From an uncultured Spirochaetota bacterium (lineage in GTDB: Bacteria; Spirochaetota; Spirochaetia; SZUA-6; Fen-1364), in assembly GCA_963734545.1 (NCBI GenBank), contig CAVTHO010000009.1, positions 192,001 to 256,000 of the forward strand: a stretch of DNA of 64,000 bases, given 5' to 3'. The notes under the pieces were generated by a model. That model searched no databases, was not told the DNA's origin, and saw only the letters and a program-made list of their open reading frames with translations. The translations under genes and the position numbers were made by a program. This document shows positions 9,976-19,968 of the stretch, in pieces (position 1 is the stretch's first letter; every line of letters starts with the position of its first letter).

Positions 9976-11232
9976 ATGAAAAAACTCATTGGTGTCGTGA
10001 TGGCGGTCGCGCTCGCTGCCGGCGTCTCGTTCACCGCAGACGGGGCGCCTGTCACCATCTCTTACATGACCTGGGACTCAGGCGTCGGCTTCGACATCAC
10101 GCAGAAGGCCGTCGATGCCTTCCAGATCAAGTTTCCCAACATCAAAGTTGAGCTGCAGAGCGTGCCCCAGGGCTACGACGAGAAGGTGATGACGGCCAAC
10201 GCGGCAGGCAACACGCCGGACGGCCTCCTGATGTGGAACACATCTCAGTTCGCGGAGGCGGGTGTCGTGGAGAGCCTTTCGCCCTACATCGCCAGGGACA
10301 AGTACAACATGAACAAGTTCCTGCCGGTCCTGAAGGCATGGACGGAGTACAAGGGCGGCACGTGGGGGCTTCCCAAGGACTGGACGCCGCGCGTCATCTG
10401 GTACAACAGGAAGGTGTTCGACGACGCGGGCGTCGCGTATCCCCAGGACGGGTGGACGTGGGCAGACTTTACCGCCACGGTCAAGAAGCTCACCAACGGC
10501 AAGCCGGGCAAGGACGCCCGCTACGGATACGTGGCGATCCCCGGGCACACCTATGCCATCCAGCAGTACATCTGGTCAAATGGCGGAGACCTGGTGAGCA
10601 AAGACGGCCGGACGGCTACCGGCTACATCAACTCCTCCAGGGTCGTCGAGGTCGTGAAGTGGTACAAGGGCCTGTATGACATGTCGATCACCACCGGCGC
10701 CCAGGACCAGTACCAGAACCTCGGGCAGACCGAGTTTCAGTCCGGTATAATCGGCATGATGGACAACGGCGTGTGGCCCCTTGCCACCTTCAAGGACGAC
10801 AAGAGCCTGAGCTTCGACATCGTGGCCCCGCCTGTCCCGAGGAAGGGAGCGGCCTTGAAGCCCATCATCCACAGCGCGACCTGGTCCATGTTCGGCAAGG
10901 CGAAGAACAAGGACGCAACGTGGCAGCTCATCAAGTTCCTTGCCGACCCTGAAGGCCTGCGGATCCTCACCAAGGGCTTCTGGGCAATCCCGAGCATTTC
11001 TTCGATCAGCGAGGAGATGGGTTTCACAAAGGACCCCATCCTCAGGAAGTTCGTCCAGGTCGGCAGCAGGCCCACTATTGCTCCCGTGTTCGTGCGCAGC
11101 CCGAAGTGGTTCGAGGCCGACAACGAGTTCCTGGCCGCTCTCCAGAGCATCTTCATCTCCGGCGCGGATATCCAGTCGACGCTCGACGCCGCGGCGGCGA
11201 AGATGGATAAAATCCTGCAGGGAACCAGGTAG
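9976..11232 (+). CDS. Carbohydrate ABC transporter substrate-binding protein (CUT1)
   Basis: SD AAGGAGG, signal peptide, TWD...FPNIKVE, GLPKDWTPRVIWYNRKVFDDAGV...WTWADF. Confidence 0.9.
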   Translation: MKKLIGVVMAVALAAGVSFTADGAPVTISYMTWDSGVGFDITQKAVDAFQIKFPNIKVELQSVPQGYDEKVMTANAAGNTPDGLLMWNTSQFAEAGVVESLSPYIARDKYNMNKFLPVLKAWTEYKGGTWGLPKDWTPRVIWYNRKVFDDAGVAYPQDGWTWADFTATVKKLTNGKPGKDARYGYVAIPGHTYAIQQYIWSNGGDLVSKDGRTATGYINSSRVVEVVKWYKGLYDMSITTGAQDQYQNLGQTEFQSGIIGMMDNGVWPLATFKDDKSLSFDIVAPPVPRKGAALKPIIHSATWSMFGKAKNKDATWQLIKFLADPEGLRILTKGFWAIPSISSISEEMGFTKDPILRKFVQVGSRPTIAPVFVRSPKWFEADNEFLAALQSIFISGADIQSTLDAAAAKMDKILQGTR

Positions 11233-11306
11233 GTTCTCTTGAAAAAGGACCGGGGGGCGCCGGCTCCCCGGTCCTCCGGTGAACGGGAAAGGCATCGGCA
11301 CCAGAA

Positions 11307-12212
11307 ATGAGACACCTAGGCGCGTCCGCCCGCGAACGTTTTTCCGGCTTCCTCTTCATCTCGCCCTGGTTGATCGGCTTCATTGCATTCTACGCGGGCC
11401 CCATGCTCTTCTCGTTCATCGTGAGCTTCACCAACTGGGATTTCTTCAAGAACATGACCTTCGTGGGCCTGCGCAACTATTTCAGGATTTTCAGCCCTGA
11501 TGAGTATGCGCTGCCCGGCCTGCTGAAGACTTTCCTCTTTGTGGGCCTGGAGGTGCCGCTCCAGCTCATCGGCGCGCTTGCCATTGCGCAGCTCCTGACG
11601 AGGAAGCTCAGGGGCGTCAACCTCGCGCGCAGCCTCGTGTACCTTCCTGCCGTGATCTCGGGTCCTGCGGGAGGCCTCATCTGGCGCTTCATGCTCGGCA
11701 AGCAGACGGGGATCTTCAATTACTTCCTGTCGTTCTTCGGCGTGAAGCCGATTCCCTGGATCGATGACCCTCACTACGCGCTGTTCTCCATCATCTGCAT
11801 CGGGCTCTGGGCGGTGGGACAGCCCATGATCCTCTTCCTCGCGGCGCTGCAGGGCGTACCCGACGTCTTCTACGAAGCCGCGGAAGTGGACGGGGCAAGC
11901 GCGACGCGGAAGTTCTTCCGCATCACGCTGCCGATGATATCACCCACGATACTGTTGAATGTGATCATCATCATGATCAACCAGTTCCAGATGCTGGCGC
12001 CTCTGATCGTCATCACCTCGGGGGGACCCGCCAAGGCGACATACCTCTACTCCTACGTGGAATACGACAACGCGTTCCGGTTCATGAAAATGGGCTATGC
12101 CTCGTCTCTCTCGTGGCTCATGTTCGTCATCATGCTCGTCGTCACGCTCCTTTTGTTCCGGTCCTCCCGCAGGTGGGTGTTCTCCTACAGCGAAAGGGGA
12201 GATATCCTGTGA
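11307..12212 (+). CDS. Carbohydrate ABC transporter permease
   Basis: FISPWLIGF, FVGLRNY, EAA loop YEAAEVDGAS...FFRITLPMISP. Confidence 0.92.
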   Translation: MRHLGASARERFSGFLFISPWLIGFIAFYAGPMLFSFIVSFTNWDFFKNMTFVGLRNYFRIFSPDEYALPGLLKTFLFVGLEVPLQLIGALAIAQLLTRKLRGVNLARSLVYLPAVISGPAGGLIWRFMLGKQTGIFNYFLSFFGVKPIPWIDDPHYALFSIICIGLWAVGQPMILFLAALQGVPDVFYEAAEVDGASATRKFFRITLPMISPTILLNVIIIMINQFQMLAPLIVITSGGPAKATYLYSYVEYDNAFRFMKMGYASSLSWLMFVIMLVVTLLLFRSSRRWVFSYSERGDIL

Positions 12213-13048
12213 GGGCCTCGCGCGTGGGGAGCATTGCGGGAGCAGGCGTTCGCTACCTCATCCTGCTCGCGGTGAGCGTCGTGTTCCTCTTCCCCGTCTA
12301 CTGGGTGTTCCTCAAGGCAATCAATGGACCCATCGCCATCTTTCAGTATCCCCCCGACATCTACCCCGTTCGGTTCAGCCTGGCCAATTTCCAGAATGCC
12401 TTCCACAATTTCCACCTGGCCAGGAACTTCCTCAATACGCTCAAGATCATGGGCTTCGCGCTGGTGGGCGCTTCCCTTTCCTCCGCGGTTGTCGGATTCG
12501 GATTCGCGCGGATGCGTTTTCGGGGAAGAAACCTGCTCTTCATCGTGGTGATCGCGAGCATATTCGTCCCCTGGGACGTGAAGGTGATCCCTCAGTTCAT
12601 GGAGTTCAGCGCGCTGGGATGGATCAACACCTACCTGCCCCTGCTCGTGCCCCTGTTCTTCGGCTATCCCTTCTACATATTCATATTCCGCCAGTTCATC
12701 ACACAGATCCCGTACGAGCTCGACGAATCAGCCATCATAGACGGCTGCAGCCGCGTGGGCATCTTCATCCGGATCATTCTGCCGAACCTCACCCCGCCGT
12801 TCATCACCGTACTCGTCTACGAGTTCGTGCGGGTCTGGAACGACTTCCTCGACCCTCTCATTTACCTGAACAAGTCCAGCACCTATACGCTGAGCCTCGG
12901 CATCTACCACATCATCTCTCCGTGGTTCATGGACTGGGGGGCCCTGCTCGCCGCTTCGGCCCTCTCCGTCCTCTTCCCGGTTGTGCTATTCTTCGTATTG
13001 CAGAAATATCTCTTCGGAGGCCTCGTGCTCTCCGGGATCAAAGCGTAG
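12209..13048 (+). CDS. Carbohydrate ABC transporter permease
   Basis: GTGA overlap; ELDESAIIDGCS...IILP, WNDFLDPLIYL. Confidence 0.92.
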   Translation: MRASRVGSIAGAGVRYLILLAVSVVFLFPVYWVFLKAINGPIAIFQYPPDIYPVRFSLANFQNAFHNFHLARNFLNTLKIMGFALVGASLSSAVVGFGFARMRFRGRNLLFIVVIASIFVPWDVKVIPQFMEFSALGWINTYLPLLVPLFFGYPFYIFIFRQFITQIPYELDESAIIDGCSRVGIFIRIILPNLTPPFITVLVYEFVRVWNDFLDPLIYLNKSSTYTLSLGIYHIISPWFMDWGALLAASALSVLFPVVLFFVLQKYLFGGLVLSGIKA

Positions 13049-13118
13049 CCCTTCCGCGGTAGTCCGCGGAGTTGGATGGCGAGGTCGGCCGAGGCCATGG
13101 ATGGCCGAAAGGCCGACC
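13049..13118 (+). repeat. Composite repeat: CCGCGG-TAGT-CCGCGG hairpin plus an AUGGAU-loop hairpin
   Basis: ccttccgcggtagtccgcggagttgga (nearly identical to 59135-59161), then ggtcggcc-ga-ggcc-ATGGAT-ggcc-gaaa-ggccgacc. Confidence 0.75.
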
Positions 13119-13135
13119 GTTGAGGGAGGGTTACT

Positions 13136-14287
13136 GTGACAAAGACACTCGCGGCCGTTCCCCCCATGGGATGGAATTCATGGAATGGCCTCGGCGCCCG
13201 GGTGAGCGAGAAGTCAGTTCGGGAGGTGGCGGCAGCGCTCGCGTCATCCGGCATGCGCGAGCTGGGCTACCGGTATGTGGTGATCGACGACTGCTGGTCG
13301 ATGAAGACGCGGGATTCCCATGGCAACCTGGTGCCGGACCGCGAACGGTTCCCCAACGGGATGGCGGCGCTGGCCGAATTCGTGCACTCGCTCGGCATGA
13401 AGCTCGGGATCTATTCCGATGCGGCCGAGCTCACGTGCGGCAAATACCTGGGAAGCCTCGATTTCGAGGAGCAGGATGCAGCCCTGTGGGCCTCGTGGGG
13501 AATCGATTTCCTCAAATATGACTACTGCCACGCGCCTGCCGACCAGCTGACGGCAATTGCACGCTACCGACGCATGGGCGAAGCGCTCCGATCGACAGGA
13601 CGCGAGTTTCTCTTCAGCGCCTGTGAGTGGGGCGGGAGGAGCCCCTGGCTCTGGGCGCGAGATATCGGGGCTCAGATGTGGCGCGCAACCGCGGACGTCC
13701 TGGACAGCTGGACGGATGTCTTTGTCCCCCAGGCTAACTGGACAGGGATTGGAATCGACACCGCCATAGAGGCAGCTGTTCCACTGCACGAGTACGCGGG
13801 TCCCGGCGGCTGGAACGACCTTGACATGCTCGTCATCGGCCTCAAGGGCCGCGGAAACATCCCGGGTGAAGGGGCCACGTTCTTCGAATACCGATCACAG
13901 ATGTCGATGTGGTGCATGCTGTGCTCGCCTCTTATGATCGGCTGTGACATCACCGCCATGGACGAGAAGACCCGCGAGCTCTTGACGAATCCGGAGGTGA
14001 TCGCGCTGGACCAGGATCCGCTGGGAAAACAGGCAATGCGCATCCGGTCCGGGTCGGGTCAGGAAGTCTGGAAGAAGCCCCTGTCGGACGGCTCCACGGC
14101 CCTTGCGCTGCGCAACAGAGCGTCGAGCGCCGCCGATATTGCGGTGCGCGCCGGCGACCTGGGCCTGCTCGACTCATACAGGGGGCGCGTACGCGATCTC
14201 TGGAAGCATGAAGACGGAGACTTCAGCTCACCGCTCTCCCGCCGGGTTCTGCCGCACGATACCGTGCTGCTGAAGATCGGGCCGTAG
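13136..14287 (+). CDS. Alpha-galactosidase, glycoside hydrolase family 27
   Basis: PPMGWNSWN, YVVIDDCW, RFPNGM, LGIYSDA, WGIDFLKYDYC, WRATAD, GPGGWNDLDML, DQDPLGKQ. Confidence 0.93.
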   Translation: MTKTLAAVPPMGWNSWNGLGARVSEKSVREVAAALASSGMRELGYRYVVIDDCWSMKTRDSHGNLVPDRERFPNGMAALAEFVHSLGMKLGIYSDAAELTCGKYLGSLDFEEQDAALWASWGIDFLKYDYCHAPADQLTAIARYRRMGEALRSTGREFLFSACEWGGRSPWLWARDIGAQMWRATADVLDSWTDVFVPQANWTGIGIDTAIEAAVPLHEYAGPGGWNDLDMLVIGLKGRGNIPGEGATFFEYRSQMSMWCMLCSPLMIGCDITAMDEKTRELLTNPEVIALDQDPLGKQAMRIRSGSGQEVWKKPLSDGSTALALRNRASSAADIAVRAGDLGLLDSYRGRVRDLWKHEDGDFSSPLSRRVLPHDTVLLKIGP

Positions 14288-14293
14288 AGCCTC

Positions 14294-16912
14294 CTACGTG
14301 CAGAGCCTCACCAGGGTGAGGCGGCGCGATCGCAGTCGAACCTCCGCCATCCCATCGACAACCGGCAGGGCATCACGATCGTCCTCGAGCGTTCCGCAGA
14401 GAAATGCGGCGCGCACGGGCGCTCCGCCGGGCCGCAGCCGGGCCGTCGTCTCATCCCTCCCCACGCATGTCAGGCGCAGCATGGTTCCCCGGCCGTCTGC
14501 CGCCGGCTTTGCATGATTGACGAGGACCCCTTCCCCTTCAACCACGAGCAGCCTGCCCTCCCGCGCGCCATTCGTGACGAACGCCGGATGCGCGAGCAGG
14601 GGGTGGATGAACTCTCGCGCGCACGGGATGAGCCCTGCCGCGTCCGCGGCAGAGGATGTCAAAAACCCGTATCGAAGCACGGTGAGGCCGGGCTGGGTAA
14701 GGGGGTAGTTGGTGTACCAGTAGTTGTTCATCGGCCAGGCCAGAAGGAGCGGTCTTTCCGGCCGCGGCACTTCACCGAGCAGCCGGCCGAATCCGAATCC
14801 GCCTGCCTGCACGAGCGTTGCGTCCGGACAGAAGAGGGCAGCCACCCGGCCCGCGCCCTGCATGGCCGCGAAGGTGTCGACGCTCATCCATCCTCGACTG
14901 CTTCCCGGAAGCTGCTCCCTGTCGAGCTCCACCGGCACTCCTGCCGTGTCGAACAGGCACTGCCACGAGGCGGGGAGATCGAGCGGAAAGGCGAAGTAGA
15001 TTGACTCAGGCTCCGTGCAGTCCGTCTTGTCCAGTGCTGCCTCCAGCTCCATGCAGGGAGAGTCGGCCCGCAGGGTGATTCGCTGCCGCAGGCTCCTGAC
15101 CCCGGGCGCTTCCAGATACCGGATGAAGGAGATCGAGTCGGCGTCCCGTTCGACGCCGAGAGAGAGCAGGCGGGAGGCCCGCCGCCGCTCGGCGCGCCAC
15201 CCGGTTTTCCAGCAGTGCTGATCGAGCTTCTCCCTTTCCAGGTCCCGTTCATAGAAGGCCTTCCGCGTGCCGTCAAAGAGCGGGTCGGGCCGCTCATGCA
15301 CGACATCGAAGAAAGCATATTCGCTCTCTCTCGGAACAGCTTCCCATCCCAGGGTCTTGTCGAGAAGCGAGGTGACGCGTCCCGTGGAGGAATCGAATGA
15401 AAGCCGATGGAAGGGCGACTCGATGATTGTCGAGGTTCCTCCCTGCACACGGGATGCAAGCCCGGGATTTCTCGGGGCGGGTACAAGACCGGAGAGCGGC
15501 AATTTCATCCAGCCGAAAGCCGGCAGCTCGAAGGGACCGTAGACGACACCGCGCGCACGTCCCTCGGCCTGCTCCGCCCAGGTGAAACGGACACTCCGCA
15601 GGCTCTTGCCCGGTTGCTTCCACGTGTCGGGCACCCGCACGTACGCCCGGCGCGCCGTTTGAACGGGATTCAGTATAAGGAGGTGATCGGGTCTCGCGGA
15701 CTGCGCCGGATTGGCCGCCAGGCTTTCCAGCTCGCCGATGAGCAGGTATTCCGCGCGCTCGCGCGCCTGATGTGCAAGCGCGGTCTTCAAAGCGGATTGC
15801 GCACGCGCGGGAGGCAGCTCGGGCGCGGGGTCCCAGTAGGTCCACGTATGCTCGCAGAACAGCGCGAGGTCCGCCCACGCCTGATCGGAGACTTTCTTCG
15901 CGGCCGCCCTGCGCGGAATCCCGGCTCCCCGCTCCTCGGCCGCGCGGGCCCCGGAGAGCAGCTCCGCGCGCTCGAGAGTGAACCGCGCCTTCCTGCTCAC
16001 CGCTGTCTCGTACGCCGTGCTGCCACTGCCGAAGCTCCAATAGTCGGTCCAGTCGCCGCTCAGCACCGGGAGGGAGGCGGGTGCAATCCTGCGGAGCCGC
16101 GCGAGCAGGTCCGCAGGAGTGACGTAGCGGATAGGGGGAGTGCCGACCGACTCATTCCATTGCCTGATGAGCCCCGCCACCCAGGGATTCGGCGGCGAAT
16201 TGTCCCAAGCTTCAGGGGAGTTGGTGGTCGTCAGGTAGAGGAAGTCATGCGGGTATCCGCTTTGCTCGAGGCGCGCGCAGAAGCCTGACAGGCCTTCCCG
16301 CATTCGCTCTATGGAATTGTCCCAGGTCCTCAGGAGCTGATCGAACATCGTGTAGTGGCTGCCGTTCATGACCAGGAGCCTGCGCCCCGAGGGGGCTGTC
16401 CAGAGGAAGACCCCCGGTCGCGGTGAGACGAAATGTCCGTTGTCAATATTCACTGCCATGGTCAACAGCTCGATGCCCGCGTCCATCATCAGGTCCGCGA
16501 GCGGCCACGCGACGCCATTCACGTCATGCTGGTTGAGGGTGACAATGGGAATCCCGAACCTGCGTCGCAGCGCCCCGAGCGGGGCAAGCTGGCGGCTGAG
16601 AATCTCGGCGCTGCACAACGGCGACGTGTTGTACTGCATTGCCGAGATGCCAAGGCGCCCCTGGGAGAGAAAGGTCTGGAACCGGTGGAGGTCCTTCTCG
16701 TCCGCGGTCTCCATCCAGCGCAGGACAGGCGCGGTTACCTCGCAGGTCCATTTGGGCCGCGAGTGCGCGGGCCAGTCGGCAGTCTCCGACAGCATCTCGA
16801 GCGCCTGGTCGATGTATTCGCTGTGGAGCTCCCAGACGATGGGCGGGGAGTGCGTGTAGCCCACGTCCAGGTGGCTGTGATGCAGGACGAGGATCTCCCG
16901 GATCTCCGGCAT
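14294..16912 (-). CDS. GH38-like (alpha-mannosidase-type) glycoside hydrolase
   Basis: HHSHLDVGYT, WTCE, DVNG...W, WDNSPP, GDWTDYW, FCEHTW, MNNYWYTNY; 872 aa. Confidence 0.75.
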   Translation of the reverse strand: MPEIREILVLHHSHLDVGYTHSPPIVWELHSEYIDQALEMLSETADWPAHSRPKWTCEVTAPVLRWMETADEKDLHRFQTFLSQGRLGISAMQYNTSPLCSAEILSRQLAPLGALRRRFGIPIVTLNQHDVNGVAWPLADLMMDAGIELLTMAVNIDNGHFVSPRPGVFLWTAPSGRRLLVMNGSHYTMFDQLLRTWDNSIERMREGLSGFCARLEQSGYPHDFLYLTTTNSPEAWDNSPPNPWVAGLIRQWNESVGTPPIRYVTPADLLARLRRIAPASLPVLSGDWTDYWSFGSGSTAYETAVSRKARFTLERAELLSGARAAEERGAGIPRRAAAKKVSDQAWADLALFCEHTWTYWDPAPELPPARAQSALKTALAHQARERAEYLLIGELESLAANPAQSARPDHLLILNPVQTARRAYVRVPDTWKQPGKSLRSVRFTWAEQAEGRARGVVYGPFELPAFGWMKLPLSGLVPAPRNPGLASRVQGGTSTIIESPFHRLSFDSSTGRVTSLLDKTLGWEAVPRESEYAFFDVVHERPDPLFDGTRKAFYERDLEREKLDQHCWKTGWRAERRRASRLLSLGVERDADSISFIRYLEAPGVRSLRQRITLRADSPCMELEAALDKTDCTEPESIYFAFPLDLPASWQCLFDTAGVPVELDREQLPGSSRGWMSVDTFAAMQGAGRVAALFCPDATLVQAGGFGFGRLLGEVPRPERPLLLAWPMNNYWYTNYPLTQPGLTVLRYGFLTSSAADAAGLIPCAREFIHPLLAHPAFVTNGAREGRLLVVEGEGVLVNHAKPAADGRGTMLRLTCVGRDETTARLRPGGAPVRAAFLCGTLEDDRDALPVVDGMAEVRLRSRRLTLVRLCT

Positions 16913-16922
16913 GAGGAGTCGG

Positions 16923-18675
16923 CTACTCTCTCTCGTGCAGCAGCACCTTGAGCTGCTTGATCTCGCTCACGAGCCGGTCCCTGCCCATCTCCCTGAACCG
17001 GCGCGGCACCATCTCGCGGCTCGTGCACTCCAGCACCGCCACAAGGTTCTGCAGCTCGATCTCGTGCGGATACGCGGGCGGCATGAAGTCCTGAATCGTT
17101 TCCTCCAGGTCCCCCTTTGTCACGAAGACGTGGTTGTTCATCGCGGAGAGGAACTTGGCGCGAATGAGCACCGATTCGAGGTCAGCGCCCGAGAACTCGT
17201 ATTTGTACCGACGGAAGAGGTCGGCCACGTTCGTCTTCTGCATGCGCAGGTTGAGCTTCTTGACCAGCGTGGCGAACAGGTCTTCTTTCTCCTCTATGTT
17301 TTCCGGGTAGAAAAGGGCGAGGTGCTCCTCCGCCCTCCCCTGCCGCTTGAGGTCGATCGGCAGAAGGTCCGGACGGCAGGTAATGAGAAACCAGATTATC
17401 TTTCCCCGGTACTCGGTGTTTCCCATGAAGGAGGCGATCTGGCCGAAGATCCTGTTGCTCGTTCCCGAATCCCCGTCCTGGTTCCTGTCTCCCAGGAAAG
17501 CGTCCGCTTCGTCGATCATCACCCCGACGGGCGCCATGGCCTTGAGGATGTTGAGGATCTTCTCCAGATTGCTCTCCGTGACGCCCTGCCACTTGGAGCG
17601 GAAATTGCGGAACTTCACGATCGGGATGCCGATATCCCCTGTAAAGGCGGTGACCATGAAGCTCTTGCCCGTGCCCACCGGACCGGGCAATGAGATACCC
17701 CATGGGCAGCACGTCGAACCGGCTCTCGCGGATGGCCTTTGCGGCGCTGCGAAACCTCTTTTTCACGAAATCGTGACCGGAGACGGCCGAAAGGTCGTGC
17801 TCGCTCTCGATGAACTCCAGGAGGCCGACCGCTTCCGCCTCGATAATCTGCTTCTTCTTCTCTTTCAGATAGCCGAGCCCGATCTCCCGGTCCTCCTGGA
17901 AGCTCTCCGCGGCGAGCTGGTTGAGGTTCACGAGGTTCAGGCCGCTCGTGATGCCGGCGAACTCGGGTATGGTGAGCGTTTCCTCCAGCAGGAGCTTGCC
18001 GTTCCTGTCCAGGAAATGCAGGAAGCTCTCCCGCACTTTCTCGTCCGGAATGGGGAGGTTCACCTTGATTGCGCTGGGTGAGCGCACGATGGTCGGGTTG
18101 AGGTCCGCCAGGTTCTCCGTAAGAAGGAGGATCGATACGTCGCCCTGCGTGAAGATCGGATCATTGGCCCAGCGATTGAGGGTGACCAGGCAGTAGCGGT
18201 CCTCGTCGGTATAGCGGGAGATATCCGTGTTGGGGACCACCGTTTCAGAGTAGTCGATGATGAGCACGATGCGCTTGTTGTGCGTGATATTGGCGTAGAA
18301 GTATTTCTCCAGATGGCTGAGCGCCTTCACCGGATTGCGTGAGAGCAGGTTTCCCGGCGTGGCGTGCGGCATGAGATGCTTCATCTTCTCCAGATAGTCT
18401 TTTTTCATTTCGGGCTTGCAGAAGCTCACCCCAGAGGAGCGGTCATAGAAAACGATGATGTCCCTGTTTCCGAAAAGCACCTCGGACACGTAGTCCTGTA
18501 TCTTCACGAAATTGAACTCCCCCTCTTTCATCTTGTGAGGGAGAAAATCCCGTATGTTGCCGGAAAGCAGATAGAGATTCGCGGTCTTCGAGCAGTACTT
18601 GTAGGAAAGCTCCTGCGCCCAGGCAGGGAGCACCTTGATGAAGGGCAAATTCTTGACAATGAGCTGTTCAGCCAT
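16923..18675 (-). CDS. AAA+ ATPase (degenerate N-terminal AAA module plus intact C-terminal module); apparent +1 frameshift near 17686
   Basis: Joined reading gives GYLIAGPVGTGKS (Walker A), VMIDEAD (Walker B), RPDLLPIDLKRQGR; SD GGGAGGGG and promoter TTGACG-N18-TATACT at 18711-18740. Confidence 0.85.
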
Positions 18676-18795
18676 CGTTCCCCTCCCAAGGAATAGATAA
18701 GCTACCTATGAGTATAGGGGCAAAAACAGTACGCCGTCAACCTTCGGGAAAGTGAGATGGGAGGGTGAGACTGGCCGGCGCGGCGTGGAAGAGAC

Positions 18796-18831
18796 AAAAA
18801 AAGCGCCTCCGCGGAGTATCGCGGAAGCGCT
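18796..18831 (-). terminator. Intrinsic terminator built from the REP-like hairpin
   Basis: Minus strand AGCGCTTCCGCGA-TACT-CCGCGGAGGCGCT-TTTTT just after the SBP stop at 18839. Confidence 0.75.
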
Positions 18832-18838
18832 ATGACTT

Positions 18839-19834
18839 CTAGCGGATACCCTGATCGATCAGGGGCTTGATTGTCCCGACGTTCTGCGGAGTCACGGTTC
18901 CGACGCCGGTGTCGATGTGCAGACCGGGGATCAGGTAGCGCTTGGTCATGACGATCTGCATGACCGGGAAGGTAGCCCTGAAGGTAGAGCACCTGGTCGA
19001 AGCTCGCGCTGATCCAGCCGCCCTGAATGGCGCTGACCGTGGCGGGTGAAAGGTCGATGCCGCCGCAGATGATGTCGCCGGGCTTCTTCCCCGCCGCCTG
19101 GAGGACCTTGGGAAGGACGGCGGTGATGCTGCCGTGCTGGGTGCCGATGGCCTTCAGATCGGGATGGGCCTGGAGGTACGCGGTGAGGATGGGGATGGCC
19201 AGCGAGGTGTCGCTGTCCACTGCGGCGGAGACATCCAGCTTGTCGACCTTGAGCCCCGCCTTGGCCAGCGCGTCATACACGCCCTGGCTGCTCCTGCTCC
19301 TGCCTTCCTGGTGCCAGATGTCATAGACAAGCGCCTTGTCGCCCGCCTTCAGGCCTGCCCTCACCATCGCCTGCCCCGTCAGGTAGCCGCCCTGATACAG
19401 GTCGGCGCCCGCATATCCAAAGCCCTTGGTCTGGTACTTGGCCTCGATGGTCGGGAGCGGGTTGTTGCCGCTGGTGACGATGATGCCCTGGGCCTCGGCC
19501 TGATCCACGAGCGCCGCGAAGGCGGGCTCTCCGGGATGTCCCATGATGGCGATGCCGTCAGGGTTGGCAGCCATGGCCTGCTTGAACTGGTCGATCATGG
19601 TCTGCTGATCCCACTTCGAATACTGCTCGATCAGCTTGACATTGTTCAGGGCTGCGGCCGCCCGCGCGCCGTTGGTCCGTGCCAGCGTAGCGCCGTCCCC
19701 CTGCGTGCCGCCGCACTGCATGTAAATGACGATCTGCTTGCCGGCGGCTTCCTTCTGCCCCCGGCCCATGCCTGAGTGGAGAAAAGGACGCCGAAAACGA
19801 CGAGTGAAAGAACTACCCACTTCAACTTACGCAC
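18839..19834 (-). CDS. Monosaccharide (CUT2) ABC substrate-binding protein; two apparent frameshifts (about 19760 and 18966)
   Basis: SD GGAGG, GTG start, signal VRKLKWVVLSL...WAGGQKE, ANPDGIAIMGHPG, GGIDLSP, DQVLYLQGY, ends ...LIDQGIR*. Confidence 0.82.
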
Positions 19835-19968
19835 GGATACCTCCCTCTGTGAATGGAATAAGGCCTTACGCCTCGAAGACGCGCGGCCGCTCTGGTGAAG
19901 AACTGAAAACCAATTCCCCCTTTCATGACGGGATCGAGTGCCCGCGTGCCAACGGCACGCGATTTCGC

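Noticed and set aside
11247-11274. GC hairpin after the SBP gene as a novel RNA
   Set aside because: No T tract and no repeat-family loop; typical mRNA-stabilising stem between SBP and permease genes.
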